Part shown: piece after piece, positions 1-15,520 of the stretch | Numbering within the stretch: position 1 is the first letter of the stretch | Layout of the letters: the number at the start of each line of letters is the position of its first letter | DNA from: the human T2T-CHM13v2.0 reference genome, Homo sapiens | DNA length: 64,000 nt | Direction: 5' to 3' (one strand) | NCBI RefSeq assembly: GCF_009914755.1 | Contig: NC_060936.1 | Position numbers and translations under genes: made by a program | Notes under the pieces: model-generated | Told to the model about the DNA's origin: nothing | The model's database searches: none | What the model saw: only the letters and a program-made list of their open reading frames with translations

Positions 1-362
1 CCACCCGGGATCTGGGAGCCGGCCGCCTGGGCACGGGCTGAACCACCCGGGCTCTGGGAGCCGGCCGCCTGGGCACGGGCTGAACCACCCGGGATCTGGG
101 AGCCGGCCGCCTGGGCACGGGCTGATCCACATGGGCTCTGGGAGCCGGCCGCCTGGGCACGGGCTGAACCACCCGGGATCTGGGAGCCGGCCGCCTGGGC
201 ACGGGCTGATCCACATGGGCTCTGGGAGCCGGCCGCCTGGGCACGGGCTGAACCACACGGGATCTGGGAGCCGGCCGCCTGGGCACGGGCTGATCCACGT
301 GGGCTCTGGGAGCCGGCCGCCTGGGCACGGGCTGATCCACGTGGGCTCTGGGAGCCGGCCGC
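1..362. repeat. GC-rich 42-bp minisatellite (VNTR), ~8.6 copies, truncated by window start
   Basis: Unit ccacccgggatctgggagccggccgcctgggcacgggctgaa recurs at 1, 43, 85 ... 337. The ORF 131..460 is just its 14-aa translation. Confidence 0.95.
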
Positions 363-546
363 TTGGGTTCGGCCCCACCCCCTGCCTCTTACCAGCTGTG
401 TGCCCAGGACACTTGCTCTCTTCCTTTGATTGTTTTGCCTGTAAAATGAGAATATGGTAACATTTCCTCCACATGACTTCTGTGAGGATTAAGGAAGTTA
501 GAAGACTGGTGTGTAGAACACTAGTACATGTTAGAAAAATTTGCCC

Positions 547-846
547 TTTTTTTTGTGTGTGTGAGACAGGGTCTTGCTCTGTCGCCCAGGCTGGAGTGCA
601 GTGTCGTGATCATAGCTCATTGCAGACTTGAACTCAGGGGCTCAAGGGATCCTCCACCTCAGCCTCCTGAGTAGCTGGGGCCACAGGCGTGTGCCACCAT
701 GCCTGGCTAATTTTTCTGTTTTCAAAAATACAGATGGGGTCTCACTGTGTTGCCCAGGTTAGTCTCAAACTCCTGGACTCAAGCGATCCACCTGCTTTGG
801 CCTCCCAAAGTGCTGAGATTACAGGTGTGAGTCACCAGGCCTGGTG
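547..846 (-). mobile_element. Alu (AluJ-like)
   Basis: Antisense Alu body gagacagggtcttgctctgtcgcccaggctggagtgcag... preceded by a T/TG tail. Confidence 0.9.
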
Positions 847-872
847 GCCCTGTCATTTTAAAAGGAAATGAG

Positions 873-1188
<316 letters not shown>

Positions 1189-1683
1189 TTAAGGAATTTA
1201 TCTACTGACTTCAACCTTGTACCTGAGGCATAAACTATTTGTATCAAGTGGGCTTGAAATGATGAGAACAGCAGATGATGGGAAAGAAAGGTCTGTACTC
1301 AGTGTTCCCACAGAAGAAAAGTCATCAGTGTCTGGTCTTTGATGTTCTCTAAGCAGATGGGCAAATCTCCAAGGTTCTGAAGTTTGTTGGGGAGGAAAAA
1401 TAATGCTGTTTCCTTCTCTCGGAAAAAGTCAGCAAGGAGCGTGAGGGTTCAATGTGGTAACGTAGCTGCATGTTCCTCTCTGAAGCTCTCAGCTTCTCCC
1501 CAAAAACGTTGGACACACCATATCTCTCATCTTTGAAAACCCCATTCTCAATGTGGGCCTTTTAATGATGGGTTGTTAAATAACAATTTATGCCAGAAAT
1601 TTCTTTCTTTAGTGAAGAAAGAGAAGAAAGATAAACTCCTTGGGAGCAGAGTTGTGCTTTGAAAATGTCTCACACTAAGACAG

Positions 1684-2149
1684 TTTTTTTTTTCCTTTTT
1701 TTTTTGAGACAGGGTCTCACTCTGTCATCCAGGCTGGAGTGCAGTGGCATGATCTTGGCTCACTGTAGCCTCAACTTCCTGGGCTCAAACAATCCTCCTG
1801 CCTCAGCCTCCTGAGTAGCTGGGACTACAGGTGCAGGCCACTGGACCTAGCTAATTTTTTAAAAATTAATTTTTGGTAGAGACAGGGTCTCACTATGTTG
1901 CCCAAGCTGGTCTTGAATTGCTGGCCTTGGTTGGTCCAAAAGTAGTGCGTTATCTCAATTGATTGTTCAAGGTCAGTTACAGATCAAAGTCCTCGTTCTT
2001 CCCTTCCCTCCTTCTCACTACTGCACTTGACTAGTCTTAAAAATATATTAAATATATATATATTTTAAAAAAGACCTGACTTCAAGTAATCCTTCTGCCT
2101 GGGCCTTCTAAGGTGCCAGGATTACAAGCATGAGCCACCAGGCCTGGCC
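1684..2149 (-). mobile_element. AluJ-like element interrupted by a Y RNA retrocopy
   Basis: Antisense Alu sequence 1684-1928 resumes at ~2075-2149 after a non-Alu insert. Confidence 0.85.
1929..2038 (+). pseudogene. Y1 RNA (RNY1-derived) retropseudogene
   Basis: ggttggtccaaaagtagtgcgttatctcaattgattgttcaaggtcagttacagatc...cttctcactactgcacttgactagtctt aligns end to end with hY1 (GGCTGGTCCGAAGGTAGTGAGTTATCTCAATTGATTGTTCACAGTCAGTTACAGATC...CACTACTGCACTTGACTAGTCTTT). An A/T-rich tail follows. Confidence 0.92.
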
Positions 2150-2302
2150 TAAGACAACCTAAAATGTAAGGGTGTGTTTAAATAGGAAAGTGAAAAGTGG
2201 GGGATTAAGTTCCTAGATGAGTCCATGAATATATTATTGAAGCAGGGGGTAGAGTTAGTTTTTAAAGAGGTAGGCCAAATCATGTCACTTCTTCACTCCT
2301 AA

Positions 2303-2705
<403 letters not shown>

Positions 2706-3111
2706 CATTCTATTTCTTAAATATGCCCGGCTCATACCCTTCTTGGTATCTTAACATTTTTTAATCCATCTGCCTAGAAGGGTTTTGCTCCAGGTTTTTG
2801 AGTGGCTGGTTCCTGCTGAATGTTCGGCTCTCTGTTCAGATGCCTTTTACTGGCCACCCTCCCTTTAGTATTGCCATGGGCTCCACCAGAATCCTTTGGG
2901 CTTGTTGACTGCCTTATCCCTAATGTCAGGATCATGGTTGAATAAACAAATCCACTCACAGGATGGCTGGTGCATACCAGCCAGTGTTGTACACCCTGGA
3001 AGCAAGGTGCTTTGAGTGGGTTAGCCAGCTCATTGCAAAATGGTGAAAACAGCATTTCATGAAACTATATGAAATTACCAATATTTTAATATTTTGATCT
3101 ACAAAATAGCA

Positions 3112-3488
3112 TGTCTTAGTCTATCTGAGCTACTATAAATTTAATGGTATAAGTACCATTAAACTGGGTGGCTTATAAGCAACAGAAATTTATTTCTCGT
3201 AGTTCTAGAGGCTGGGAAGTTCAAGAACAAGGCACTGGCAGATTCAGTGTCTGGGGAGGGGCCACTTCCTGCTTCATAGATGATGCCTTCTTGCTGTGTC
3301 CTCAGGTGGTGGCAGAGTGAGGCAGCTCTGTGGGGTCCCTTTCATGAGGGCACTAATTCCATTCGTGACAGTTCCACCCTTATGACCTACTCACTTCCTA
3401 AACACTCCACCTCCTGATACCATCATCTTGGGGGTCAGGATTTCAACAGATGAATTTTGGGGGGAATGCCAATATTCAGGCTGTAGCA
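3112..3488 (-). mobile_element. ERVL-MaLR solo LTR (MLT1A-like)
   Basis: tgtcttagtc...gggtggcttataagcaacagaaatttatttctc...ggatttcaacagatgaattttggggg...tagca matches the reverse complement of the MLT1A-type consensus. Confidence 0.8.
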
Positions 3489-3976
3489 TGGCGGTTTCCC
3501 ATGTTTGATCCTGATGATCTGGCATCTTCCTGGATCTTTGCCAAAATGTCTCTCACTAATAGTCTCACTTGGAACACAGCTCTTCCCACTTCCCACCCAA
3601 GTATATGATTCTACCAAAGCTTACTCTACCTCCTCCCCCAATTTTTGAATTTTTCTTTTTTTCCCCTCAGCTAAACTTATCATTTTTAGTTTGGTCAATC
3701 TCAGCTAGCTATGATGAGGAAAGCAACCAGAAACAAATTCATCTGAGTAGGTGAAACTATTGATAGCACTTAGCTCCTATTTCCTATGGAAATATTGGCA
3801 TTTAAGAAAGATTCTTGGCACCCCTATATTCATGTTTAATTGACATAATTTATGACACTTTAATAAAGTGAAATGAAATAGTTCAGATTGGATGGCTGTA
3901 TTTTTCAGGTTTTTTTTTTAAATTACACATGACAGAAAATCTAAATTAATGTGGCTTAAATACAAAAAAGTATTTT

Positions 3977-4110
3977 AGACAGATGTGGTGGCTCATGCCT
4001 GTAATCCAAGCACTTTGGGAGGCTGAAGTAAAAGATCACTTGAGCCCAGGAGTTTGAGACCGGTGTGGGAAATATAGTGGGACCCCATCTCTACCAAGTC
4101 AATAGAAATA
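3977..4110 (+). mobile_element. Alu left monomer (FLAM-like)
   Basis: Single Alu arm followed by an A-rich tail. Confidence 0.75.
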
Positions 4111-4899
4111 AAGAAATACACACATAAAGACAAAAAAGAGTATTTATTTACATAGAGTGAAAAGTCTAGACTTGCTTCTAGCCACAAGGGAGCAAAAGGG
4201 ATTGGATTTACTTTCTCACCTGATACAAGTGAAAAATGGACAGAATAGGTAAAACAATGGTTTTCAAAGACTGGACTTTAAGCAATGAAAGTAGTGATCC
4301 CTGAGGGATGGAAAACTCATGGATGAGCCCTTCAAATACTCCAGCTTACTGCCTGGAGAGGGTTTTCAGGCCATGGCCCAGCGTGGGTGGCCCAGGTGGA
4401 GCCCGGCCGTCCCAAATTGAGACTTGGGGGTCAAGAGAGGTAATTGAGTTTTCAGGGAGGGTACAGGGAGGGAGTTGCACAGAGAGAACTTCATAGACCT
4501 GCAGAGGGCCCTCCTTGTGTTTTTTACCGGAGTACTGATAAGTGCATGTGAGGAAATTATCTGAGGCCAGGGAAAGAACCACCCAAATGGATTAAGGAGG
4601 ACAAATCTTAGAGCACACACAGGGCTGGGAAGAGTTTCTGTTCTTGCCAGCATGAAAAACTTCCTATTTATGGGCATTAGGTAAAGTCCTCAGAAGGCTT
4701 TTTTTGAAACCTTAGAAATGCTGTAAAATTGGACTTTAGACCTAAAAGCTGCCCTCACCTTGCCTCAAACCTTAAAATCAAGACCTAAAGGGATTAAATT
4801 GTTTCCAAGTAACTTGTATCCCAGGGCAAAATAACATCCCAGTACAAAGCTCAAGAATATTTATAGGGATACACAAATATCCAGCCACCAACAACGTAA

Positions 4900-5301
<402 letters not shown>

Positions 5302-5521
5302 TGATGCATGTTAAGGAGAAACATCAATCAACCAAAAAAAAAAAAAAAGAGTCCAGAAATGACAAGAGATGATAGAACTGGTAGTAAAGGACATTCAGTT
5401 ATTGTAAATATGTTCTACATGTTCAAGAGGCTAGGGGAAAGACTGATCGTGGTAAGCAGTGATATAGAGAATATTATAAAGACCCATACAATGTCTCAAG
5501 ATGAAAACTATAATTCAATTA

Positions 5522-5820
<299 letters not shown>

Positions 5821-5973
5821 AACACACACACACATTTGATAGGATTAATGGCAGAAAAAAATATTAGTGAACTTGATGACATAGCAATACAAAATATTCA
5901 AAATGAAATAAATAAAAAGGACAAAATAAAAATAATCATAGCATTGGTAATCTGTGGAATTACTGCAAGTGTC

Positions 5974-6209
5974 CAGATGCTTCTCAAATTACAATAGGGC
6001 CACGTCCTGATAAACCCATCATAAGTAAAAAATATTGTAAGTTGAAAATTCATTCAATATCACAATAAACCCATCTTAAAGTCAAAAAGTCATAAGTTGA
6101 ACCACTGTTAAATCCAGATAACCTCAATATATGATGTGGTTATGTCCCAACAAGCCCATCATAAAGTTGAAAAATGTTAAGTCCACCATTGTAAGTCAGG
6201 GACCATCTG
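5974..6209. mobile_element. TcMar-Tigger non-autonomous DNA transposon (MER47-like)
   Basis: Terminal inverted repeats cagatg...catctg followed by TA. Internal repeated gataaacccatcataagt motif. Confidence 0.7.
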
Positions 6210-7797
6210 TAGATATAAAAGGAGCGGGGTAGACAGACAAAACATTTGAGAAGATAATTGCTGAAAAAGTTCTATATTTTATGAGAGCTATGAACTCACA
6301 GGTCCAAGAAGCTCAATAAACCCCAAACATAAAAGACCTGAATAAAACCACAGCAATGTGTATTATAATTAAAATGCTTAAAACTAGTAATCAAGAGAAA
6401 ATCTGCAAAGCAGCCAAGGAATGGCAGGAAAGGGAGAAAGAAAGATACATTTTGTTGAGAGGAAAAAATATAAGGAAGACAGCAGATTTTGCATCAGAAA
6501 CAATGTTAATGGAAAAGACAGTGGAGCAGCATCTTTAAGGCACTGATCATGAAATAAACCCCCCAAATGCCAATTTAGAATTCTACAGCCAGAAAAAATA
6601 TCTTTCATAAACAAAGGCGAAAGAAGGTTTTAGACCAACACATGCTGAAAGAATTAATTGCCAGGAGACCTGTACTACAAGAAATGCAAAAGGATACAGA
6701 TGGAAACCTGTATCTATACAAGGGAAAAAAAACTGGTTATGGTCACTCTGTGGGTATATAAACATTTTACCTACTTTTAAAATTTCTTCATATCATAATC
6801 GATTGTTTAAAGCAATGTCATATGAGGTTTATGACATATGTAGAGGTGAAATGTATAATGGTAATAGTACAAAGGCCAATAAGGGAGAAATGGAAGTGTA
6901 TTTTTATAAGGCTTTTATACCATACATGAAGTGATGTAATGTTACCTCAAGGTGGAGTGCAGTAGGTGTAAGATGAATGTGGTACATTCTAATGCAGCTA
7001 CTAAAATAATACAGTAAAGAATTATAGCCAATAAGCAAAGCATGGAAATACAATAGAATCATTTAAAACATTTAATCTAATAGAAGGCAGAAAAAGAAGA
7101 AGGAACAAAGAATAGATAGGATAAATAGAAAATAAATGGCAAGATAATAGATTTAGATCTAACCATACCAGTAATCACATTAAATGTAAATGGTATAAAT
7201 ACCTCAAATTGAAAGAAAGAGATGCCAAATTGGACAATCTAGTATGCTGCCTACAGGAAACTCACTTCAAATTTAAAGGCTCAAGTAAGTTAAAAGTAAA
7301 AGAATAGAAAAAGTTACAGTATGCTAATACTAATAGCAAGGAAGCTTATTGACTATATTAACATTAGAGATAGTAGACTTTGTAGCAGAAAAACCAGGAA
7401 TTAAGAGGATCATTACAAAATTATAAAGGGGATAAATTCATCAAGAAATCTTAATTATCATAAACATTCATGCACCTAATAAAAGAGCATCAAAATATGC
7501 ACAGCAAAAACTGATAGATGTGCAAGAAGTAGAAAAACTACAAATATTGTCAGAGATTTTAACACCCTCACTCAACAACTGATAGACCAAGTGGACAAAT
7601 ACTCAGTAAAGATGAACATCATCATGAACAACATGAACATCATCATCCAAGTTGACACTTTTAAAACGATCTACTCAACAATGGTAGAATACACGTTCTT
7701 TTCAAGTGCGCACAGAACGCTTACCAAGGAAAACCATATTCTGGCCATAAGAAAAGTCCCAGTAAATTTAAAAGACTTCAAGTCACACAAAATACAT

Positions 7798-8046
7798 AAA
7801 TACATACACATATATATATACATATATATATACACATATATATATACACATACATATACACATATATATACACATACATATACACATATATATACACATA
7901 CATATATACATATATATATACACATACATATATACATATATATATACACATACATATATACATATATATATACATATACATATATACATATATATATACA
8001 TATATACATATATATATACATATATATATACATATATATATATATA
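7798..8046. repeat. Compound (TA)n/(TACA)n/(TATACA)n microsatellite
   Basis: ~250 bp alternating AT-rich run abutting an Alu T-tail. Confidence 0.95.
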
Positions 8047-8397
<351 letters not shown>

Positions 8398-9197
8398 TCA
8401 TGTGGAATAAAAAGTTGGAAAAATTGGAAATCAATAAAAAAAACTCAGCAAAATCTCTAAGTATTTGGAAACTCAATAACACATGTCTACCCATAAGTCA
8501 AAAAAGGAACCAAAAGAAAAATTAGCATTTTGAAGTAAATGAGAATGAAAACACAGCATGTCAAAACTTATGAGATGAGTTAAAGTGGCTTTAGGGGGAA
8601 ATTTATAGCATTACATTCTTAGAGGGAAAGTTATAGCACTGAACATCAATATTTGAGTAAAATTCTTAAAATATTAGCAAATCCAAATTAACATATATAT
8701 AAAGGATAATACATCATGAGCAAGTAGGCATTACCCCAGAAATGTAAGATTAACTTGACATTTAAAAATTAATCAATATAATTAAACATATCAGGAGCTA
8801 CATTACACGATCATCTCAATAGAAGCCTAGTGAGCATTTGACAGACTTCAACATCCATTTCTGATTAAAACTGTCTGCAAACTATAATTAGAAGGTAGCT
8901 TCCCCATCATAATGAAAGAAATCTATGGAAAATTTACAGTTAATATATATTTATACTTAAGCAGCTAAAAAGACTTTCTCCTATGATCAGGGCAAGGCAC
9001 GGGTGAGTGCCTGTTCTCATTGTGTCTACTCGATGTTGTCTGGAGGTGCAGTGCAATGTGCAATTGCTCTTGCAATAAGGCAAGAAAAAGAAATAAAAGG
9101 GAACTGGATTGGGAAGGAAAGTGTAAAGGCATTATTTATTTGCAGATGGTATATTGTATATGTAGAAAATTCTATATGATCTACAAAAAAGCTGCTA

Positions 9198-9521
<324 letters not shown>

Positions 9522-10417
9522 CTATATACAACATGTATTGAATTTTTATGTAATCATAATGAACAAGCAGAAATTGAAATAGAAATATAACTTACAAAGG
9601 CATAAAAATGATGTAGACACAAAAGATGTAAAGGACACTGCACTACAACCCACTACTAAGAGAAAGAAGGTCTAAATGAATGGGCCATAGACTGTGCTCT
9701 TGGTCTGAAAGTTTCAGTATTATTATGATGTCAATTCTCCCCAAATTGATCTATCAATTCAATGCCATTCCAATAAAAATCTCAGCAGATTTTGAAGAAA
9801 TTGACATGGCGATTATAAAATTTAAATGGTAGTACAAAGGACCTAGAAGAACCAAAACAACTTAGAAAAAGATCAGTACAGTTGGTAGACTTACATTACC
9901 CGACTTTAGAATTACTACAAAGTTATCATAATTAAGACAGTGTGGTATTGGCATAAAGACAGGCAAAAAGATCAATGGAACAGAGTAGAGAGTCCAGAAA
10001 TGAACTCATAGGCATATGGTTAATTGATTTTTGGCAAAGCTGCAAAAGAAATTCAACGGAGAAAAGATAATCTTTCCAACAAATTATGCTGTAGAAATTG
10101 GACATCCATAGGCAGAAAAAGCAAGCCTCAATTAATATTTTGTATCATCTATAAAATTAACTCAAAAAAGGTAATAGAATTAGCTGTAACACCTAAAACT
10201 GCTAAAATTCAGGAAGACAACATAGGAGAAAATCTTTGTTATCTTGGGTGAGGTAAATAATTCCTAGATATGACACAAGTATGATCTATAAATAAAAAAA
10301 GATTATAAATTGTACTTTATCAAAATCAAGAATTTCTTCTCTTCAAATGATGCTAAGAGAATGAAAATGTATGTATATCCCAGAATGGGCAAAAATACTT
10401 GAAAGTCACATATCTGA

Positions 10418-11123
<706 letters not shown>

Positions 11124-14106
11124 CAAAATGCGTAATTGTCTTTTTATTTGTATTTGTTCATTCGATACATATTTATTGGTCACCTGTGCCAAACCCTTTC
11201 TAGACGCTCAGTGATTCTTGGTAAACCAAGCAAGAGGTCCCTGTCCTCTGGGACTTGTTTGTGGGGCACACAGATATTTGCTGTCCAGCTGAAATATGTG
11301 CTATGGGGTAGGTAATGCCCCTCCGCATCCCCGGCACGCAGGACCCGGCCGGGCTGCCGCCTCTCAGAATCGCTGTGCAATTGGCGATTGCGACATTCAT
11401 GGAATAAATTCCCCTTCGCGACACATGGGGACGCTCACGCTCCACGCTGTGGCCACACTCTTACGCGCCTTTGTTCAAATGGTCCGCGGTAATCACCCCT
11501 CCAGCTCACCTTCTCAAAAAGGGGACGTGGATGAGGCTCTCATGATTAATGATCGCAGTACGGATTTGTAACTTATTACGGAAGAAAAGCCACATCAAGC
11601 AGGTGTCGTTTGGAACAAGAGAGATTCGGCTGCCTAAGCAGTACCAAAGGACGGTGTCCTTTTCTGGGTCACATTTTAATTTTCTTTTCAGGTCTTGCAG
11701 AACAGCGATTAGTTCATTGCTAATGAAATCCTTAAGTGCTTCAGAGCATTACAACTTAGGGGAGGAAAGACTGGTGTGTCTTCTGAGACGCCCTGAGCAG
11801 CACAGACGACTAGAAATGCGTTTACGCTCGGCTGCTTGGGCTGATTGCCTTTGCAAAAAGGCACATGAAACCGCAGATATCTGCATGCACAGCCAGCAAA
11901 GGAATCGTAGAAATAACAACGTTATTGGGAAGTCATATTTTAAGCCGAGGCAGACGCTGTGCCACTGAATACCTAGGGTAGTTCAGATGCACCTAATATC
12001 CAGGTTTTTAGGGGAACTAATACGTGTGTGTGGAGCTGTGTCTTGAAATAATTCAATGTTCTAAGCCTCAGTGAAATCGTGTCTCTGGAAGGTCAATCAT
12101 TGAAAGTATAACGTAAACACTCAAGAAAACAGGGAGACTTTGTGGCAGCTCTTAACGTCGTGACGCCAGCTGCAGTAGCTCTGTCAATTGTGGGGGCATC
12201 AGATAAATCAATTTAAGCTGGAAAAGTCCTTTGAGGTATCCAGGTGGTTCGTAAGGCCACATAAGTCTGTCAAATATCATCGCTTTAGAGATTTCTGAGA
12301 TTTCAGAGGATATCAGGTCTTGATGCTTGGAAAGAGGCAATCGGCAAGATTTTAGCAAAGGGACTCTGAGACAAAAGCCACAGGTTTTTGTTCGTCCATG
12401 CATGCTTTCCTCAGTTTCACTGTGCAGCACCTCTCAAACTTTCATGAGAAATTTGGGGTGCCCTGGCACTCTGTGTTTTTCTAACCGGCTCCCGGCCGAC
12501 ACTGAGGCTAGTGGTTCTTGAACCACGCGTCGGTATTAGGGTGCTGTGCAGTACGTAGCTCGAGGAAGGCACTTCCACAGAAGGCAGTAGCCTACCTCCA
12601 CCCTGTTTACCACCTGCAGGATTCATCTCATCTCTTCACTCAAGAAAATTGGGCAGCCCTGTGCGGGAGGCCTGACTTGCACTAGCGGCTGGAGACAAAG
12701 GGTGAGTCAGACTCAGCTTGGTACCTCTCCTGTTGAGGCTTATTATTTTAGTTTGGGAGACAAGCACAGAGACTGGTAATTCCTAACTTTTAAATGCTGT
12801 CAGCGAGGAAGCGCAGCGGGCAGCTGTGAACGTGTCTAACGGGGGCTGTGAGCTTCAGAAGTCGGGGAAGTGCTGAGGTTCAAGGAAGAACCGGGGTTCA
12901 TTGGCCAAGAGAGCCACAGGTGGGGTGGGGTGGATCATATTCCAGGGAAAGGGGGCGTGTGTGCAAAGCCTCTGAGGCAGGAGGGATGCGGGCTTTTGGA
13001 GGACCCGGCTGGTCTGTGTGGTTGGAACATGGTGGGCACACGCTGGGTGAGCGTGGAGTATCTGGAGGTGAGGCTAGCGTTGGTGGGATCCTGGTAATCC
13101 CGCTAGGACACCGGGTCATCCTCCGTCATTAGATGATGGTAAAGATAGTGGATATCAGGGGAAAGTGGGGACTGACGGCTCCCCTTTTCACGATAAGGGT
13201 GGCGTGTTTCCATTTGACGAACGGACCCCCTTACTAAGTACCTGTTAGCGCAGGTGACACCCACCTGCTCCGCGAGCTCAGTAGACACCCATCTCCACGA
13301 GGGGGGCAGCAGAGCAGAACGCTGAGGCTCGGAGTCTGAACCTTGAGAAAGATTTCGTCGTGGAATTCTAGAATTGATAGTTCTGCATCTAGACATATTC
13401 TAGACATCTAGACATATTCTAGATGTCTCGATAGAAGCTGTGCGCTAACAGCGGCCCACACGCGCCTGCTCACTTCAGGGGTCCTGTTTCAGTTCCTTCA
13501 GGGTGGCTGGTGTCTAGGCGAGAACGGCATCTGGAGAGGGAAAGGTCACCCCTCCCTGACCCGCGTTGCACTCGTCAGGAACGTGGCACAACCTCCCAGT
13601 ATTAATTCCCACCGCGCCCTGTGGCGGGGCCCTGGCAGACATGTAGATTTGCCAGACGGCCAACGTGATTGCATCCTTCATTAGCTATGAGGTGGTGCAG
13701 GAGGAGCCGTCGACTCCAGGGGTGGCAGGTGGTTTGGGGGCCAGGTGGCCAAGTTTATGGAGTGCCTATGGTTTCACCCCACCTTGCAGGCATCGGGCTG
13801 GCGGCCCTCGCCTCTGTGAGCCTCACAGGCTTTCTGCACTCAGAGAAGGGAGCTGGTGGCAAACAGGCCTTGAAGAAGGGGAGAAAGTAGCTGTCAGGTG
13901 CGGCTACTCAATGCTGCCATCAGCTTAGAATTGTAAAGGGAACTGTTTGAACCAGGGCACGAGAAGAGTGGTTTTCTTTTATTTTCTTTTGTTTGTTTTG
14001 GTTGAGGCTAAGATTTCCCCATGACCTCAGAGCATCGAGGGCCAGCCCATTTCCAAAGGGTCTGCCGGTCTAACGTCTCTGTTGCTCATACTTAGCACCT
14101 AAAACT

Positions 14107-14913
14107 CATGTTCCTCCATGTCAAAATCATATTTCTCTATTTGAAATCATATTCCCTCATGTTGAAATCATATTCCCCCATGTTGAAATCATATTCCCCC
14201 ATGTTTAAATCATATTTCCCCATGTTTAAATATTTCCTCATGTTGAAGTTATATTTCTCCATGTTGAAATCATATTCCCTCATGTTGAAATCTACTTCCC
14301 CATGTTGAAATCATATTTCCCCATATTTAAATCATATTCCCTTATGCTGAAATCATATTCCATGATGAAATCATACTTCCCCATGTTTAAATCATATTTC
14401 CTCACGTTGAAATCACATTCCCTCATGTTGAAATCATATTTCCCTATGTTTAAATCATATTTCTCCATGTTGAAATCATATTTCCCCATGTTGAAATCAT
14501 ATTCCCCCAGGTTGAAGTCATATTTCCCCATGTTTAAATCATATTCCCTCATGTTGAAATCATATTTCCCCATGTTTAAATCATATTCCCTCATGCTGAA
14601 ATCATATTCCATGATGAAATCATACTTCCCCATGTTTAAATCATATTTCCTCACATTGAAATCACATTCCCTCATGTTGAAATCATATTTCCCTATGTTT
14701 AAATCATATTTCCCCATGTTGAAATCATATTTCCCCATGTTGAAATCATATTTCCCCATGTTGAAATCATATTCCCCCATGTTGAAGTCATATTTCCCTA
14801 TGTTGAAATCATATTCCTCCATGTTGAAGTCATATTTCTCCATGTTGAAATCATATTCCCCCATGTTGAAGTCATATTTCTCCATGTTGGAATCATATTC
14901 TCCCATGTTGAAA
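14107..14913. repeat. AT-rich 21-bp minisatellite, ~38 copies
   Basis: Unit catgttgaaatcatatttccc with variants. Translates as (MLKSYFP)n on + and (NMGKYDF)n on -. Confidence 0.95.
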
Positions 14914-15159
14914 TTGGAGCAGTTAATTGGGGTCACACTTTTATCATCTTGTCCTGGACTTTAGTTCCCAGGGGCAGACCAGGCAGTCATCAGAAACACA
15001 AACCTATTTAGAGAACTGCCTTCTTTCAATACACACCTGCCCTGATCATTTGGGTTGGAATATGGCTGCTTGTGGTGTTTTCTGCACTTTCAGCCTCCAA
15101 GTTGAGTCTTTGCGTGGCCGAGTGTCAGCACTTGCCACACATTTCCTCTTCCTGGGCAA

Positions 15160-15520
15160 ACGACCTCACTCTCTGGGCATGTGGTTGAATGTCCTGGCCT
15201 CACCTCACAGTTAGATGTGGCCGATGGGATGTGAATAGAAGCCGTACGTGACACTTGCAGTCGTGACCCGCAAATATTTCCGCCACACGGCCAGCCATTC
15301 CCTTTCTCTGCTACTGGCTTGAGGTGACTAACAAGGCAGCTTCAATGGCCACACATTACAAACAGAGCCACGGATGGAAGGGACCATGGTCCCTGAGTCA
15401 CCACGTGAAGGACACAGTTGCTGGCTACATGGAAGCACCCTTTGGACTTGTGAGAATGAGACAGAAACATCCATCACGTGTGAGCCATTCGGTGTTTGGG
15501 TTTGTTTGCTGCAGCAGCGG
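15160..15520 (+). mobile_element. Probable old MLT1-family LTR fragment
   Basis: MLT1-like motifs (cagttagatgtggcc...atgtgaatagaag; agccattcggtgtttgggtttgtttgctgcagc). Confidence 0.4.

Noticed and set aside
131-460. 109-aa ORF with GSGSRPPGHG repeats
   Set aside because: Direct translation of the 42-bp VNTR, with no splice or homology evidence for coding
14107-14913. Possible CRISPR-like array
   Set aside because: Head-to-tail tandem units with no unique spacers, in a primate genome with no cas genes
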